From assembly GCA_026936335.1 (NCBI GenBank), contig JAPMXV010000007.1:124001-188000 (forward strand): a DNA stretch of 64,000 bases, read 5' to 3'. The notes beneath the pieces were generated by a model. It was not told the origin of the DNA. It saw only the letters and a list, made by a program, of their open reading frames with translations, and did not search any database. The position numbers and the translations under genes were made by a program. Shown piece by piece: positions 1 through 9,649 of this stretch; position 1 is the first letter of the stretch, and each line of letters opens with the position of its first letter. This stretch comes from Mantamonas sphyraenae STR306. Lineage: Eukaryota; Protista; CRuMs.

Positions 1-1
1 C

Positions 2-100
2 ACGGGCATTCCGCTGGACGATTACGAGCGCACGTCCACCGGATGGGACAACTGGGTGTGGGAGCGCATCCGCAGCCTGTTTGGGTTTAACCGCATGTGA
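2..100 (+). CDS. 3' end of an upstream gene cut by the window edge (..TGIPLDDYERTSTGWDNWVWERIRSLFGFNRM*)
   Basis: Frame 2 is open from base 2 to TGA at 98-100, with GC3-rich codons like neighbouring genes. Confidence 0.55.
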   Translation, partial: TGIPLDDYERTSTGWDNWVWERIRSLFGFNRM

Positions 101-215
101 GGAACACACCCTGGCGGCAGGCAAGCATGGGTGGTGGGATGCGCGAAAGCGTTGTCGCGTTGTCGCTGCCACAGACAAACAAAAACCAACTCTTCCAGCA
201 ACACAAAGGCAGACA

Positions 216-932
216 ATGAGCTCCGGCAGCAGTTGGACGGTGAGCACAGATGCATGTGTGTCAATGTTGCTTCACGCACACAAATACCCAAGTAGAGCTA
301 TCGCAGGCGTGCTATTGGGCAACGGGACGCAGGTGGAACGCGCCGTGCCTGTGTTGCACCACCACCTGACGCTGAATGCGGTGATGGAGACTGCGCTGAT
401 GTTGTTGCAGGAGGAGGCGGCTGCAAGCAAGCAGCAGCTGCTCGGGGTGTACTTTGCAAACGAAAACGTACGCGATTACGGCGTGCCTGCAGCGCTCGAG
501 CGCACCGCAGCCAAGCTGAAGCCAAAGGAGAGCAGTGCATGCATTATTCAGCTGGACAACAACCTGTTGGACAGCCACGTCGACGATGCCGAAACGCCGA
601 TGCTTCTTTTCGTCCAATCGGGGTCCGAGTTTGTGCTGCACCACTCGACGAGTTTCTACAGGGCCTACCTCGCCGAAGAGGAGGACGACGACGACGCAGG
701 GGCCAGCAGTGGCAAAGGAACAAGTGTCAAGGCCGCGAGCAAGCAGGTCCAGGCGGGGTTGGAGCTGGAGCTGGCTGTGGACGAGCTGCTGCCTGTGGTG
801 CGGGAAATGCTTCACAACGACGAGCACCTGGCCCTGATTGACTTTGACGACCACCTGGACGACTCGAGGCTACAGTGGCCCAACAAGGTGGAGTCGGACA
901 ACGAGACACAAGAAAGCGAGGGTAGCGGGTGA
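216..932 (+). CDS. EMC8: ER membrane protein complex subunit 8/9 family (MPN-like, UPF0172)
   Basis: Motifs MLLHAHKYPSRAIAGVLLG, AVPVLH, LLGVYFANE and C-terminal LIDFDDHLDD..LQWPN. First ATG at 216; intronless. Confidence 0.88.
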   Translation: MSSGSSWTVSTDACVSMLLHAHKYPSRAIAGVLLGNGTQVERAVPVLHHHLTLNAVMETALMLLQEEAAASKQQLLGVYFANENVRDYGVPAALERTAAKLKPKESSACIIQLDNNLLDSHVDDAETPMLLFVQSGSEFVLHHSTSFYRAYLAEEEDDDDAGASSGKGTSVKAASKQVQAGLELELAVDELLPVVREMLHNDEHLALIDFDDHLDDSRLQWPNKVESDNETQESEGSG

Positions 933-1144
933 GGGAGGTGCGCGGGGAAACAAAGAAAGAGTTGGGATTGGTGTTTGTTCGTTTTGACGGTCATTTCTTT
1001 TTGCGTCCACAGCGCGCTGAACGCCACATACACACACACACGGACACAGACAGACAGACAGACAGAACAAAAGAGGGCAAGGGCACGAGTTTGACCGGTC
1101 CATAAAACCCACCGACCGCTGTGCGCTTGAGAAGATCCCTGTCT

Positions 1145-3408
1145 TTAGGCGCCGGTGCCAAAGACGGCGTTGTGGCGAGCGATGGACGGGCCATACTCGT
1201 CGTAGGCGGCCTTGGTGTGGCAGACCTTGAGGAACTCCGGAGTGGAGGCAAGCATAGAGCCGCCAAACCACACTGCGTACCTCTGCATGGCGTGGCTGAT
1301 GACATTGACGTCGAGAGCCACGGCCTTGATGCGGCCGCCGGAAAGCTGCTCCGAGACCTTGATGCGGTGGTCGACGGTGCGCTTGATGTCACGCTGCAGG
1401 CGCTTGCCAAAGTCCTTGAACATGGTGGAGCCACCGGAGAGGACGATGTTCTTGTAGAGGCCACGTCGGACATCGATGGGGCAGGACTGGACAGTCTGGT
1501 CGATGACCTCGGGCAGCGGGGTCAGGAAGTCGGAGGAGAAGATCTCCGGGTTGAAGAACATCTCGGGGCCGAGGAAGCGCTCGTAACCGACGTCGCAGGT
1601 CCACTCCTTGTTGAGCTTCTTGCTGTAGCTGGAGTACTGCTTGATCCACTTTTGCGGGTTCTTGTCGTACTTGGTGAACTCCTTGACGATGTCCGGGCAG
1701 GTGTAGCAGAAGGTCTCCTTGACGCGCTTGGCGGTCTCGAGAGAGTCCTCGGGCGGGATGACGGTTTCGCGCTCGCGCATGATCTGCTGGATGAAGCCGG
1801 TGATGTCGCGTCCTGCCAGCGGGATGTGCTTGATGCTGGAGCCGATGATGTAGCCCTCGGCGACGGGGATGACGTGCGTGACACCATCACCGCTGTCGAC
1901 GACGGTTCCGGTCAGCGTGCGCTCGCTCTCGGCAGTGCGCGTCCAGGAAGCGGCCAGGGCCAGCACAGCCTGCACGGCAATGTACAAACCGGGCACGTTG
2001 AAGGACTCAAACATGATTTCGGCCGTGTACTCACGGTTCTCCGGAGCGTTGAGAGGCGGCTCGGTCTGTGCAAAGTACAGACATGGCGCGTGTGCGTGTG
2101 TGTGGCGTGTGAGAACAGCGCGGACTGCATGCGTGGCGCGAATCGGAGCAAACGGCGAAAACGGCGAAAACGCGTGCAATGGCGGACCAGACACAAGCAT
2201 CAGAAGTCAAAATTGGCTTGAACCAGAAGACCTGTTGCCCAGGCTCGGAGGCCTGAGCGCTAGGTCCTGGAATTACTTCAGATTGGTTTGTATCATTGTC
2301 GATCAATCGGGGAAAATGTGTCGTCATCTGCTGCGGGCCCGCCAGGGCGATTGTGCGCATGGAGAAGGGAGAAGGGAGAAGGGAGAAGGGCGTTGAACAA
2401 GGCAGTGGGAACGGCCCACCGATGGATGTGGGGACGGCGGTAGCTGCATGTGCAAACTCACCAGCAGGAAATAGTGATCCTCGGGCTCGCATCGCAGATA
2501 CTGGAAGATACTTTGCTCCCAGAAGCGCTCCATGAGGTCCCAGTTGTCGATTTGACCGTGGCGCACGGGGTAGAACAGGTCGTACGACTTGCTGTGCTCA
2601 AACTGCACACAGTGAGTGCGTGATTGTGTGTGAGGGTGTTTGAGTGTGTGAGTGTGTGTGTGTGTGTGTGTATGTGGGTGGGGAAATGACCAGCCATCCA
2701 GATCCACCACCACCCACCAACCACCACCATCCACCATCCACCACTGTCCACTTACCGCCTGGTCGCCAATGTAAAAGTCCAGATCGTCGACACCCTTCTT
2801 GTTGCCGCCGCCAAACTTCTTCTTGCCTGCGGAGCGTGCGAGGGAACGAGAACGACGTGCGCAGATGGCCGGCGGAGAAAAGCGTGAGCCCTCTGCTTTG
2901 TTTTTTCGTCTGGCGAGGCGCGACACGCACGCACGTGCACACTTCACTTACTCTCGTTGGTGGCAATGGTCGACGGGATGATAAAGTTGGGCTCCCAGTT
3001 GCCGGCGTAGCCCATTTTGGTGTAGCTGTGTGGGGCGAGGACGGAGAGAGGGTGTGAGCAAGTGCCCCAGCCGTGATCGCTTCCCCTCCCGTGCACAGCG
3101 GCCGTGCACACGCACACGCGAGCAGCTGAGCACATACGAGACACATGTGCATGTGCGCACACCATGTCCCTACACTCTGGGCAGGGGCACATGTGCATAT
3201 GCATCACCGTGTGCCCAGGCGGCGCCGTAAACGCAAACGTGGCGTTGACGAAAAAGGGGTGCCCCTCGGCAAACCGCCTCGCAGCTGAGACGCAAAGCCT
3301 CTCAGCCGCCGCTGCCTCACGAAATGACACGCAGAAAAAACAACCCGCCGCTGCAACTCACCCCGTGCCGTTGTCGATCACCACTGCGGGCAGGTCCGTG
3401 CTGCTCAT
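1145..3408 (-). CDS. ARP3: Actin-related protein 3 (Arp2/3 complex), 5 exons: 3408-3362, 3025-2952, 2826-2756, 2602-2462, 2065-1145 (~417 aa)
   Basis: [58 protein letters not shown] and [12 protein letters not shown]. All four GT-AG junctions are phase-consistent. Confidence 0.97.
2196..2332 (-). ncRNA. Candidate intronic box C/D snoRNA/scaRNA in ARP3 intron 4
   Basis: Minus strand reads AGCA-G-ATGACGA (box C, 2327-2321) ... TCTGA (box D, 2203-2200)-TGCT, giving a terminal stem and k-turn geometry. Internal CTGA at 2281-2278, hairpin at 2223-2270; host is the longest intron in the window. Confidence 0.62.
2625..2676 (+). repeat. (GT)n-rich microsatellite in ARP3 intron 3
   Basis: Direct observation of GT dinucleotide runs. 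Confidence 0.8.
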
Positions 3409-3744
3409 CGCTGCTTGGGCTACGTGTGTGTGCGCACATGTGTGCGTGTGTGTGTCAGCGTCCCGCGGCCGCGAAACCGCTTAGCGCCGTCCTTTTGCCC
3501 TCTCTCACCGCCCACTTTTCCCTCCTCCCTCTCCCACCACCTCCCACACGCTGCACATCCTCTCGCGCCCAGCTGCGCCTCCCTCCATTCTTGCCTCGCT
3601 CCCTGCGCTTCCTCTTGCACCATCCCTTGTACGCCTTCTCTCTCACTCGCCCTGTGTGCTCCACTCACGATTTCGGGGGTTGTCGTGCGAGAGCTCGCGC
3701 GGCCTTCCCGCCAAACGAAAACCCATCTCCGCACCCGATCTGGC

Positions 3745-6700
3745 ATGGACGTGGACGACGAAATCAAACAGCTGCAGAAGCAACGGCAGCTTGCTGCAGA
3801 GCGCCAAGCAAACGCCACTGCCTCGCCGTCCTCAGCCAAGCCCTCCCCCGATCCGTCAGCCTCTCGTCGCCGCGCTAATCCGTACGTGCTTGCTCACCTA
3901 TGTTCCTCCACACACACGCGCGAGCATGCACCCTTGCCATCCTTGTCTTCTCCCACACCCGCAGCCGCAATGTTTCTTGTTGCTTCGACCCCCGTCACTC
4001 ATTGTGCCCCGCCGCCTGCTCACCTTCCGCCGCTCGCATTCGTTGTCCCGCCCCGCCCGCTCTTTCATCACAGCGCCGACCCCCAGCAGTATTTTGATGA
4101 GCTGGTGGACCATTCCATCGACGTAAGTGACCGTGTGCCTGCCCTTGCGCTCCTGCTTCTCCTGCTAACCCCGCCAAAACAGCCCACCAAGGAACATCGC
4201 GCGCAGACGATTGCCGAGCGCGAAGGCGACTACCACAAGCGCAGACTTAACCGCAAGTTGTCGCCCGAACGTGTCGACGCCTTTGCCACAGGTGCTGCTC
4301 CTCCACAGGACTCCTCCAACTCCCAGTCTTACCGAGAGGTCATGCGCCGCGTGCAGATCGAAAACGAGGAGGAGCGCGTGCGCCGCCACGTCGCCAAGCT
4401 CAAGGAACAAGGCCAGCTGCCGCCAGAGGCAGACACCAGCCAAGATCCTCATCCGCATGACTCCTCAGCCTCACGCAAGCGATCCCGCTTCGACATGACC
4501 CCTGCCCAAAAGGTCGCCCAAGACGAGGGCGGAAGCACCCTCCTCGCAGACGGCGACGACGACGCCTCCACTGCGCAGAACGACCCCAAGCGTCAGCGTG
4601 TGTCGCGTTGGGACCAACCCACGCCAGTGGCTGCCGCCGCTGCCTCCACAACCACCTCCACCACCACCACTTCGTCCCGTTGGGACAGGACGCCAGCCAA
4701 CCTCGACGAGATTGTCAACACATCCACAGGTTGGACGGCTTCCTCCTCTTCCTCCTCTTCCTCTTCTTCCTCCCGCTGGGACAAGACCCCAGTGGGTTTC
4801 ACAGGCGCAGCAAACAACCCCATGGCCACGCCCCTGGCCACGCCCGTAGGCGGCTTTGGCAGCATGGCTACACCCGTGTTTGTGCCTGGCCAGGGAGTAA
4901 CCTCTGCCGAACACCTGCACATGGCTCGCCTGGAGCAGGAGATGGACGAGCGAAACCGGCCCCTGACTGACGAGGACATCGACGAAATCCTGCCCTCGGA
5001 AGGCTATGTCATTGTCGATCCGCCTGCAGGTTACCGCCCCATCCGAACGCCTTCGCGAAGGCTCATGTCCACGCCAGCGCCCATGACCACGCCGGGCTTC
5101 CACATCCAAACCGAAGACCGCAACCAGCAGTTTGACGTGCCCATGCAACTCTCTGTCGCTGGTAACCTGCCCCTGGTCAAGCCCGAGGACTATCAGTACT
5201 TTAGCAAGCTGCTGGAGGCCGACGAATCCAAGCGGCTGAGCTCGGAGGAGGCCAAGGAGCGCAAGATCATGACCCTGCTGCTCAAAATCAAGAACGGCAC
5301 CCCGCAGCAACGCAAGGCTGCCATGCGACAGATCACAGACAAGGCACGCTACTTTGGCGCAGGGCCTCTCTTCAACCAGGTGCTTCCTCTGCTCATGAGT
5401 GCCACACTGGAGGAGCAGGAGCGCCATTTGCTCGTCAAAGTGATCGACCGCATCCTCTACCAGCTGGACGACCTCGTGCGACCATACGTCCACAAAATCC
5501 TCGTGGTCATCGAACCCATGCTCATCGACGAAGACTACTACGCACGCGTGGAGGGACGCGAAATCATCTCCAACCTGGCAAAGGCCGCAGGCCTCGCCAC
5601 CATGATTGCCACCATGCGCCCGGACATCGACAACACCGACGAGTACGTGCGCAACACAACAGCGCGCGCCTTTGCCGTCGTGGCCTCCGCCCTGGGCATC
5701 CCTGTCCTCCTTCCGTTCCTCAAGGCTGTGTGCCGCTCGAAAAAGTCGTGGCAGGCGCGACACACAGGCACCAAAATTGTGCAGCAGATTGCAATTCTCA
5801 TGGGCTGCTCCATCCTTCCCCACAGCCGTGCGCTGGTCACCATCATCGAGGGCGGCCTGAACGACGACCAAAACAAGGTGCGCACCATGACGGCGCTGAG
5901 TTTGGCCGCGTTGGCCGAGTCGTGTGCCCCGCACGGCATCGAGAGTTTCGACTCTGTGCTGCGTCCCCTGTGGACGGGTATCCGCAGCCACCGCGGCAAG
6001 GTGCTCGCTGCATACCTAAAGGCCATCGGATACATCATTCCATTGATGGACGCCGAATACGCTGCATACTACACAAACGAGGTCATGAAGGTGCTGCTGC
6101 GCGAGTTTAGCACACCCGACGACGAGATGAAAAAGATTGTGCTCAAGGTGGTCAAGCAGATTGTGGCCACCGACGGCGTGGAGCCGTCCTACATCAAGCA
6201 AGAGGTGCTGCCCGAGTTTTTTGCCAACTTTTGGGTGAGGCGCATGGCGCTGGACAGCCGCAACCAGAGGCAGCTTGTGGAAACCACCGTGGAGATTGCA
6301 AACAAAGTGGACGTGTCGGAAATTGTCGGCCGCATCGTGAGCGACCTGAAAGACGACAACGAGCCGTACCGCAAGATGGTCATGGAGACCATCGACCAGG
6401 TGGTGAGCAATCTGGGCACGTCAGACATTGACGAACGCCTGGAGGAGCTGCTCATGGATGGGATGGTGTACGCGTTCCAGGAACAGACGTCGGAGGACAC
6501 ACGCGTCATGCTCAACGGCTTTGGCACTGTGATCAACGGCCTGGGCAAGCGCAGCAAGCCGTACTTGGCCCAGATTGCAGGCGTCATCAAGTGGCGGCTG
6601 AACAACAAGAGCGCAGCTGTACGGCAGCAGGCAGCGGATCTTGTGGCCAAGATCGCCGCCGTGATGTACGCGTGCGACGAGGAGCAGCTGATGTCACACA

Positions 6701-7794
6701 TGGGCAACGTCCTCTACGAATACCTTGGTGAAGAGTACCCCGAGGTGCTGGGTTCCATCCTGGGTGCGCTGAAGGCTATCGTGACGGTCATCGGCATGAG
6801 CCGGATGCAGCCGCCAATCGGCGACCTGCTGCCGCGTCTGACGCCCATCCTGAAGAACAGGCACGAAAAGGTGCAAGAGAATTGCATCGACCTGGTGGGT
6901 GTGATTGCAGACCGGGGCGCAGAGTATGTGGGACCTCGCGAGTGGATGCGCATCTGCTTTGAGCTGCTGGAAATGCTCAAGGCACACAAGAAGGGCATCC
7001 GCAGGGCTGCAGTGAGCACGTTTGGGTACATTGCACGTGCAATTGGCCCGCAGGACGTGTTGGCCACGCTGCTGAACAACCTCAAGGTGCAGGACAGGCA
7101 GAATCGCGTGTGCACAACCGTGGCCATTGCCATTGTGGCCGAGACGTGTGCCCCGTTTACCGTGCTGCCTGCAGTGATGAACGAATATCGCATCCCCGAG
7201 CTCAACGTGCAGAACGGCGTCCTCAAAGCCCTGTCGTTCATGTTTGAGTATGTCGGTGTGATGGCCAAGGACTACGTGTACGCTGTGACGCCCTTGCTGG
7301 AGGATGCCCTGATGGAGCGCGACCCGGTGCATCGCCAGACTGCATGCTCGGTGGTCAAGCACATTGCTCTCGGCGTGCATGGCACAGGCTGCGACGACGC
7401 CTTGCAGCATCTCCTCAACTTTGTCTGGCCAAACATCTTTGAGCTGTCGCCTCACGTCATCAAGGCTGTCATGGACGCCATCTCGGGCCTCATGGTCGCC
7501 CTCGGCCCCAACAAGATTCTGTATTATTGCCTGGCCGGCCTGTTCCACCCGGCGCGTCGTGTGCGCGAGGCGTACTGGAACGTGTACAATCGCGTGTACA
7601 TCTACGGTGCCGACCAACTCGTCGCCGGGTACCCGCGTCTGCCTCCGGATGACCCAACGTTGACCAACCGTCTGTCCTTGATGGTGGGCGAAGGCCAGGC
7701 GTCGTCGTCCGCGTCGTCCTCGTCCTCGTCCAAGAAGAAGGTTGTGCAGGACAACAACGACTACGTGCGTCATGAGCTGGATATGTTTTTGTGA
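3745..7794 (+). CDS. SF3B1: Splicing factor 3B subunit 1, exons 3745-3881, 4074-4122, 4183-7794 (~1265 aa)
   Basis: RWD-type ULM motifs, ERNRPLTDE p14-binding region, HEAT domain [42 protein letters not shown]-terminal [10 protein letters not shown]. Introns GTACGT..CAG and GTAAGT..GCTAAC..CAG. Confidence 0.98.
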   Translation: MDVDDEIKQLQKQRQLAAERQANATASPSSAKPSPDPSASRRRANPYVLAHLCSSTHTREHAPLPSLSSPTPAAAMFLVASTPVTHCAPPPAHLPPLAFVVPPRPLFHHSADPQQYFDELVDHSIDVSDRVPALALLLLLLTPPKQPTKEHRAQTIAEREGDYHKRRLNRKLSPERVDAFATGAAPPQDSSNSQSYREVMRRVQIENEEERVRRHVAKLKEQGQLPPEADTSQDPHPHDSSASRKRSRFDMTPAQKVAQDEGGSTLLADGDDDASTAQNDPKRQRVSRWDQPTPVAAAAASTTTSTTTTSSRWDRTPANLDEIVNTSTGWTASSSSSSSSSSSRWDKTPVGFTGAANNPMATPLATPVGGFGSMATPVFVPGQGVTSAEHLHMARLEQEMDERNRPLTDEDIDEILPSEGYVIVDPPAGYRPIRTPSRRLMSTPAPMTTPGFHIQTEDRNQQFDVPMQLSVAGNLPLVKPEDYQYFSKLLEADESKRLSSEEAKERKIMTLLLKIKNGTPQQRKAAMRQITDKARYFGAGPLFNQVLPLLMSATLEEQERHLLVKVIDRILYQLDDLVRPYVHKILVVIEPMLIDEDYYARVEGREIISNLAKAAGLATMIATMRPDIDNTDEYVRNTTARAFAVVASALGIPVLLPFLKAVCRSKKSWQARHTGTKIVQQIAILMGCSILPHSRALVTIIEGGLNDDQNKVRTMTALSLAALAESCAPHGIESFDSVLRPLWTGIRSHRGKVLAAYLKAIGYIIPLMDAEYAAYYTNEVMKVLLREFSTPDDEMKKIVLKVVKQIVATDGVEPSYIKQEVLPEFFANFWVRRMALDSRNQRQLVETTVEIANKVDVSEIVGRIVSDLKDDNEPYRKMVMETIDQVVSNLGTSDIDERLEELLMDGMVYAFQEQTSEDTRVMLNGFGTVINGLGKRSKPYLAQIAGVIKWRLNNKSAAVRQQAADLVAKIAAVMYACDEEQLMSHMGNVLYEYLGEEYPEVLGSILGALKAIVTVIGMSRMQPPIGDLLPRLTPILKNRHEKVQENCIDLVGVIADRGAEYVGPREWMRICFELLEMLKAHKKGIRRAAVSTFGYIARAIGPQDVLATLLNNLKVQDRQNRVCTTVAIAIVAETCAPFTVLPAVMNEYRIPELNVQNGVLKALSFMFEYVGVMAKDYVYAVTPLLEDALMERDPVHRQTACSVVKHIALGVHGTGCDDALQHLLNFVWPNIFELSPHVIKAVMDAISGLMVALGPNKILYYCLAGLFHPARRVREAYWNVYNRVYIYGADQLVAGYPRLPPDDPTLTNRLSLMVGEGQASSSASSSSSSKKKVVQDNNDYVRHELDMFL

Positions 7795-7882
7795 GGAGCA
7801 GAGAAGGAAATGCATGGACATGCAAAGATCAGATCACCTCCCTGTGTCCATGTTGGCACCGCGCGGAACCCACCACTCCAAA

Positions 7883-9637
7883 ATGTCGAAGCGTCTGCGC
7901 CTGCTGGAGGCGCGCCACTCGGAGACGCGGGACATTTTCACAAAGATCATTCCCAAGTACGACTTTGCACACATTGTGCGCTTCTTCCCACTGCCCGAGT
8001 GTGCGTGGTGCGGTGAGCGTCCAGAGCTGCCCGAAGACTTTCTGCTGGACGAAATGGACCTGTTCTTTGAAAACATGGTGCGGGAGCGCCTGACAAAGGC
8101 CGGTGTTGATGTGAGCAACCTGCACCAGTACATTCCAGAGACCATTGTCTGTGGCGACCTGCTGCGGCCGAGGAACGGAATGGCTCTTGCAAACGGGCAC
8201 CAGTTTACCATCCCGGAAGGGGTCGAGGTGCCACAGGTGGACGCAGGAGGCGGCGGAAGCAGTTCCGGGGGTGGAGGCGGAGGCGGAGGCGGAGGAGGCA
8301 AGGGCAAGAAGAAGGGCAAGAAGGGCAAGAAGGGCGGCAAGAAGCAGCAGCGCAAGACGCAGAAGAACACGAGCAATGGCCTGCGTGCGTTGGAATCTCT
8401 GACCATGAGCGAGCTTGAAGACATCCTAGGGCCCTTGCCACGGCCGGCAGACCTCGTGCTGTCGCGGCTCAAGATGTGTGCAGGGTGCAGGGTGGTGTTT
8501 TACTGCTGCGAGGCGCATCAGCGGGCGCACTGGAAGCACAGCCACCGACACATGTGCGGACGCCTGACGTCCATGTTTGACGCCCTGGACACCATCAACA
8601 GCAAGCGGCGCGAGGCAGGGGATGCCTTTAAGGAGGCAGAGGTGTCTGCCAAGCTGTACGAGGAGCCGAGCGTGCGCAAGTATCTGGTCGAGCTGGGAGG
8701 GCAGCTTGACCCCGGCGCCACGCACGCTGGCGGCCTCGAATGGTCTGGCACAGGCACACACGACCCCAGCGCAGGGCAGTTGCACACACACAACACGCAA
8801 CTGTCCAGCTCCACGACACACAGCCATGCAGGCAACCACGCCTCTGTGAACGACGTCTGGTCGGGTTCGGCCAGCTCGACTGCCAACAACACGGCACCCT
8901 CCACCTCCACCGCCTCTACTGACAACGCCAGCAAGATGCCCACGCAACTGCTCCATGTCGACGCAGACGGCAGCGAGGAGATCCTGCTGTGGGATGACGG
9001 ATCCGTGCTGTATCCAGGCACAAGCGGCATGTGCTGCACTTGCCATCTCGTCGATCTCGGCGCAAAGTATCCACACCTGCTCAGCGGTGGGGCCGAATCA
9101 CTTCGTGTCGTGCGTCCGCGTGGCTGCGACGACAATTCAGACTGTCCCTGTGCACGTGCTGGTCGCCCCTGCACAACCTGCAGTCTGCAGGTGGCCCGCG
9201 GCTTCGAGTGTTGCAATACCTTTGGTCAGGACATCTTTGGGTTCGAAATGACCCCGTGCGCCAGGCAACACTGGGAGACCGTGCAAGCCTGGGACAAGAA
9301 CGGCAACCTCGACGTCAAGCTCAACCGTCCCTGCTGCGAGGATTTCGACGATCTGCCGCCCCAGCCCACGGCCATTGGCGAACTCCTTAGCTTCAACGAC
9401 GACTGCGAGACCTGCCTCCTCGAAGCCCGTTCCTGGTACAGCTTCTGTCTACGTAGACCCGTCGTTGAGGACATGGTCCGCCACTGTGTGTTTTGCGGCC
9501 GCTGCCAACTCATCATGTACGACCATGCTGGCGAGCTCATCCCCTGTTGCCAGGCCTTTGCCAAGCACATGAGCACTGGTGCCGTCGAGTTTCCCGAGCC
9601 ATCTGAGCAAGACCAGACCACCAATGCAACAACTTGA
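7883..9637 (+). CDS. Zinc-finger protein: split MYND finger plus C-terminal CXC-like Cys-rich domain
   Basis: CAWC ... CAGCRVVFYCCEAHQRAHWKHSHRHMC; C-terminal CCTC..GCDDNSDCPCARAGRPCTTC..CCN and WYSFC..HCVFCGRC. Start uncertain (in-frame upstream ATGs exist). Confidence 0.75.
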   Translation: MSKRLRLLEARHSETRDIFTKIIPKYDFAHIVRFFPLPECAWCGERPELPEDFLLDEMDLFFENMVRERLTKAGVDVSNLHQYIPETIVCGDLLRPRNGMALANGHQFTIPEGVEVPQVDAGGGGSSSGGGGGGGGGGGKGKKKGKKGKKGGKKQQRKTQKNTSNGLRALESLTMSELEDILGPLPRPADLVLSRLKMCAGCRVVFYCCEAHQRAHWKHSHRHMCGRLTSMFDALDTINSKRREAGDAFKEAEVSAKLYEEPSVRKYLVELGGQLDPGATHAGGLEWSGTGTHDPSAGQLHTHNTQLSSSTTHSHAGNHASVNDVWSGSASSTANNTAPSTSTASTDNASKMPTQLLHVDADGSEEILLWDDGSVLYPGTSGMCCTCHLVDLGAKYPHLLSGGAESLRVVRPRGCDDNSDCPCARAGRPCTTCSLQVARGFECCNTFGQDIFGFEMTPCARQHWETVQAWDKNGNLDVKLNRPCCEDFDDLPPQPTAIGELLSFNDDCETCLLEARSWYSFCLRRPVVEDMVRHCVFCGRCQLIMYDHAGELIPCCQAFAKHMSTGAVEFPEPSEQDQTTNATT

Positions 9638-9649
9638 CGTCAACGCCGA

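Noticed and set aside
3026-3361. Hairpins in ARP3 intron 1 (e.g. GCTGAGA..TCTCAGC) as a possible H/ACA RNA
   Set aside because: No convincing hairpin-H-hairpin-ACA arrangement.
3415-3744. N-terminal extension of the SF3B1 ORF in the ORF track
   Set aside because: Begins at a non-ATG codon in the ARP3/SF3B1 divergent spacer; the first ATG is at 3745.
5989-6012. SF3B1 HRGKVLA versus human HRGKGLA (G742 cancer hotspot position)
   Set aside because: Val here is, as I recall, usual in plants and fungi; the R625, H662, K666 and K700 equivalents are conserved.
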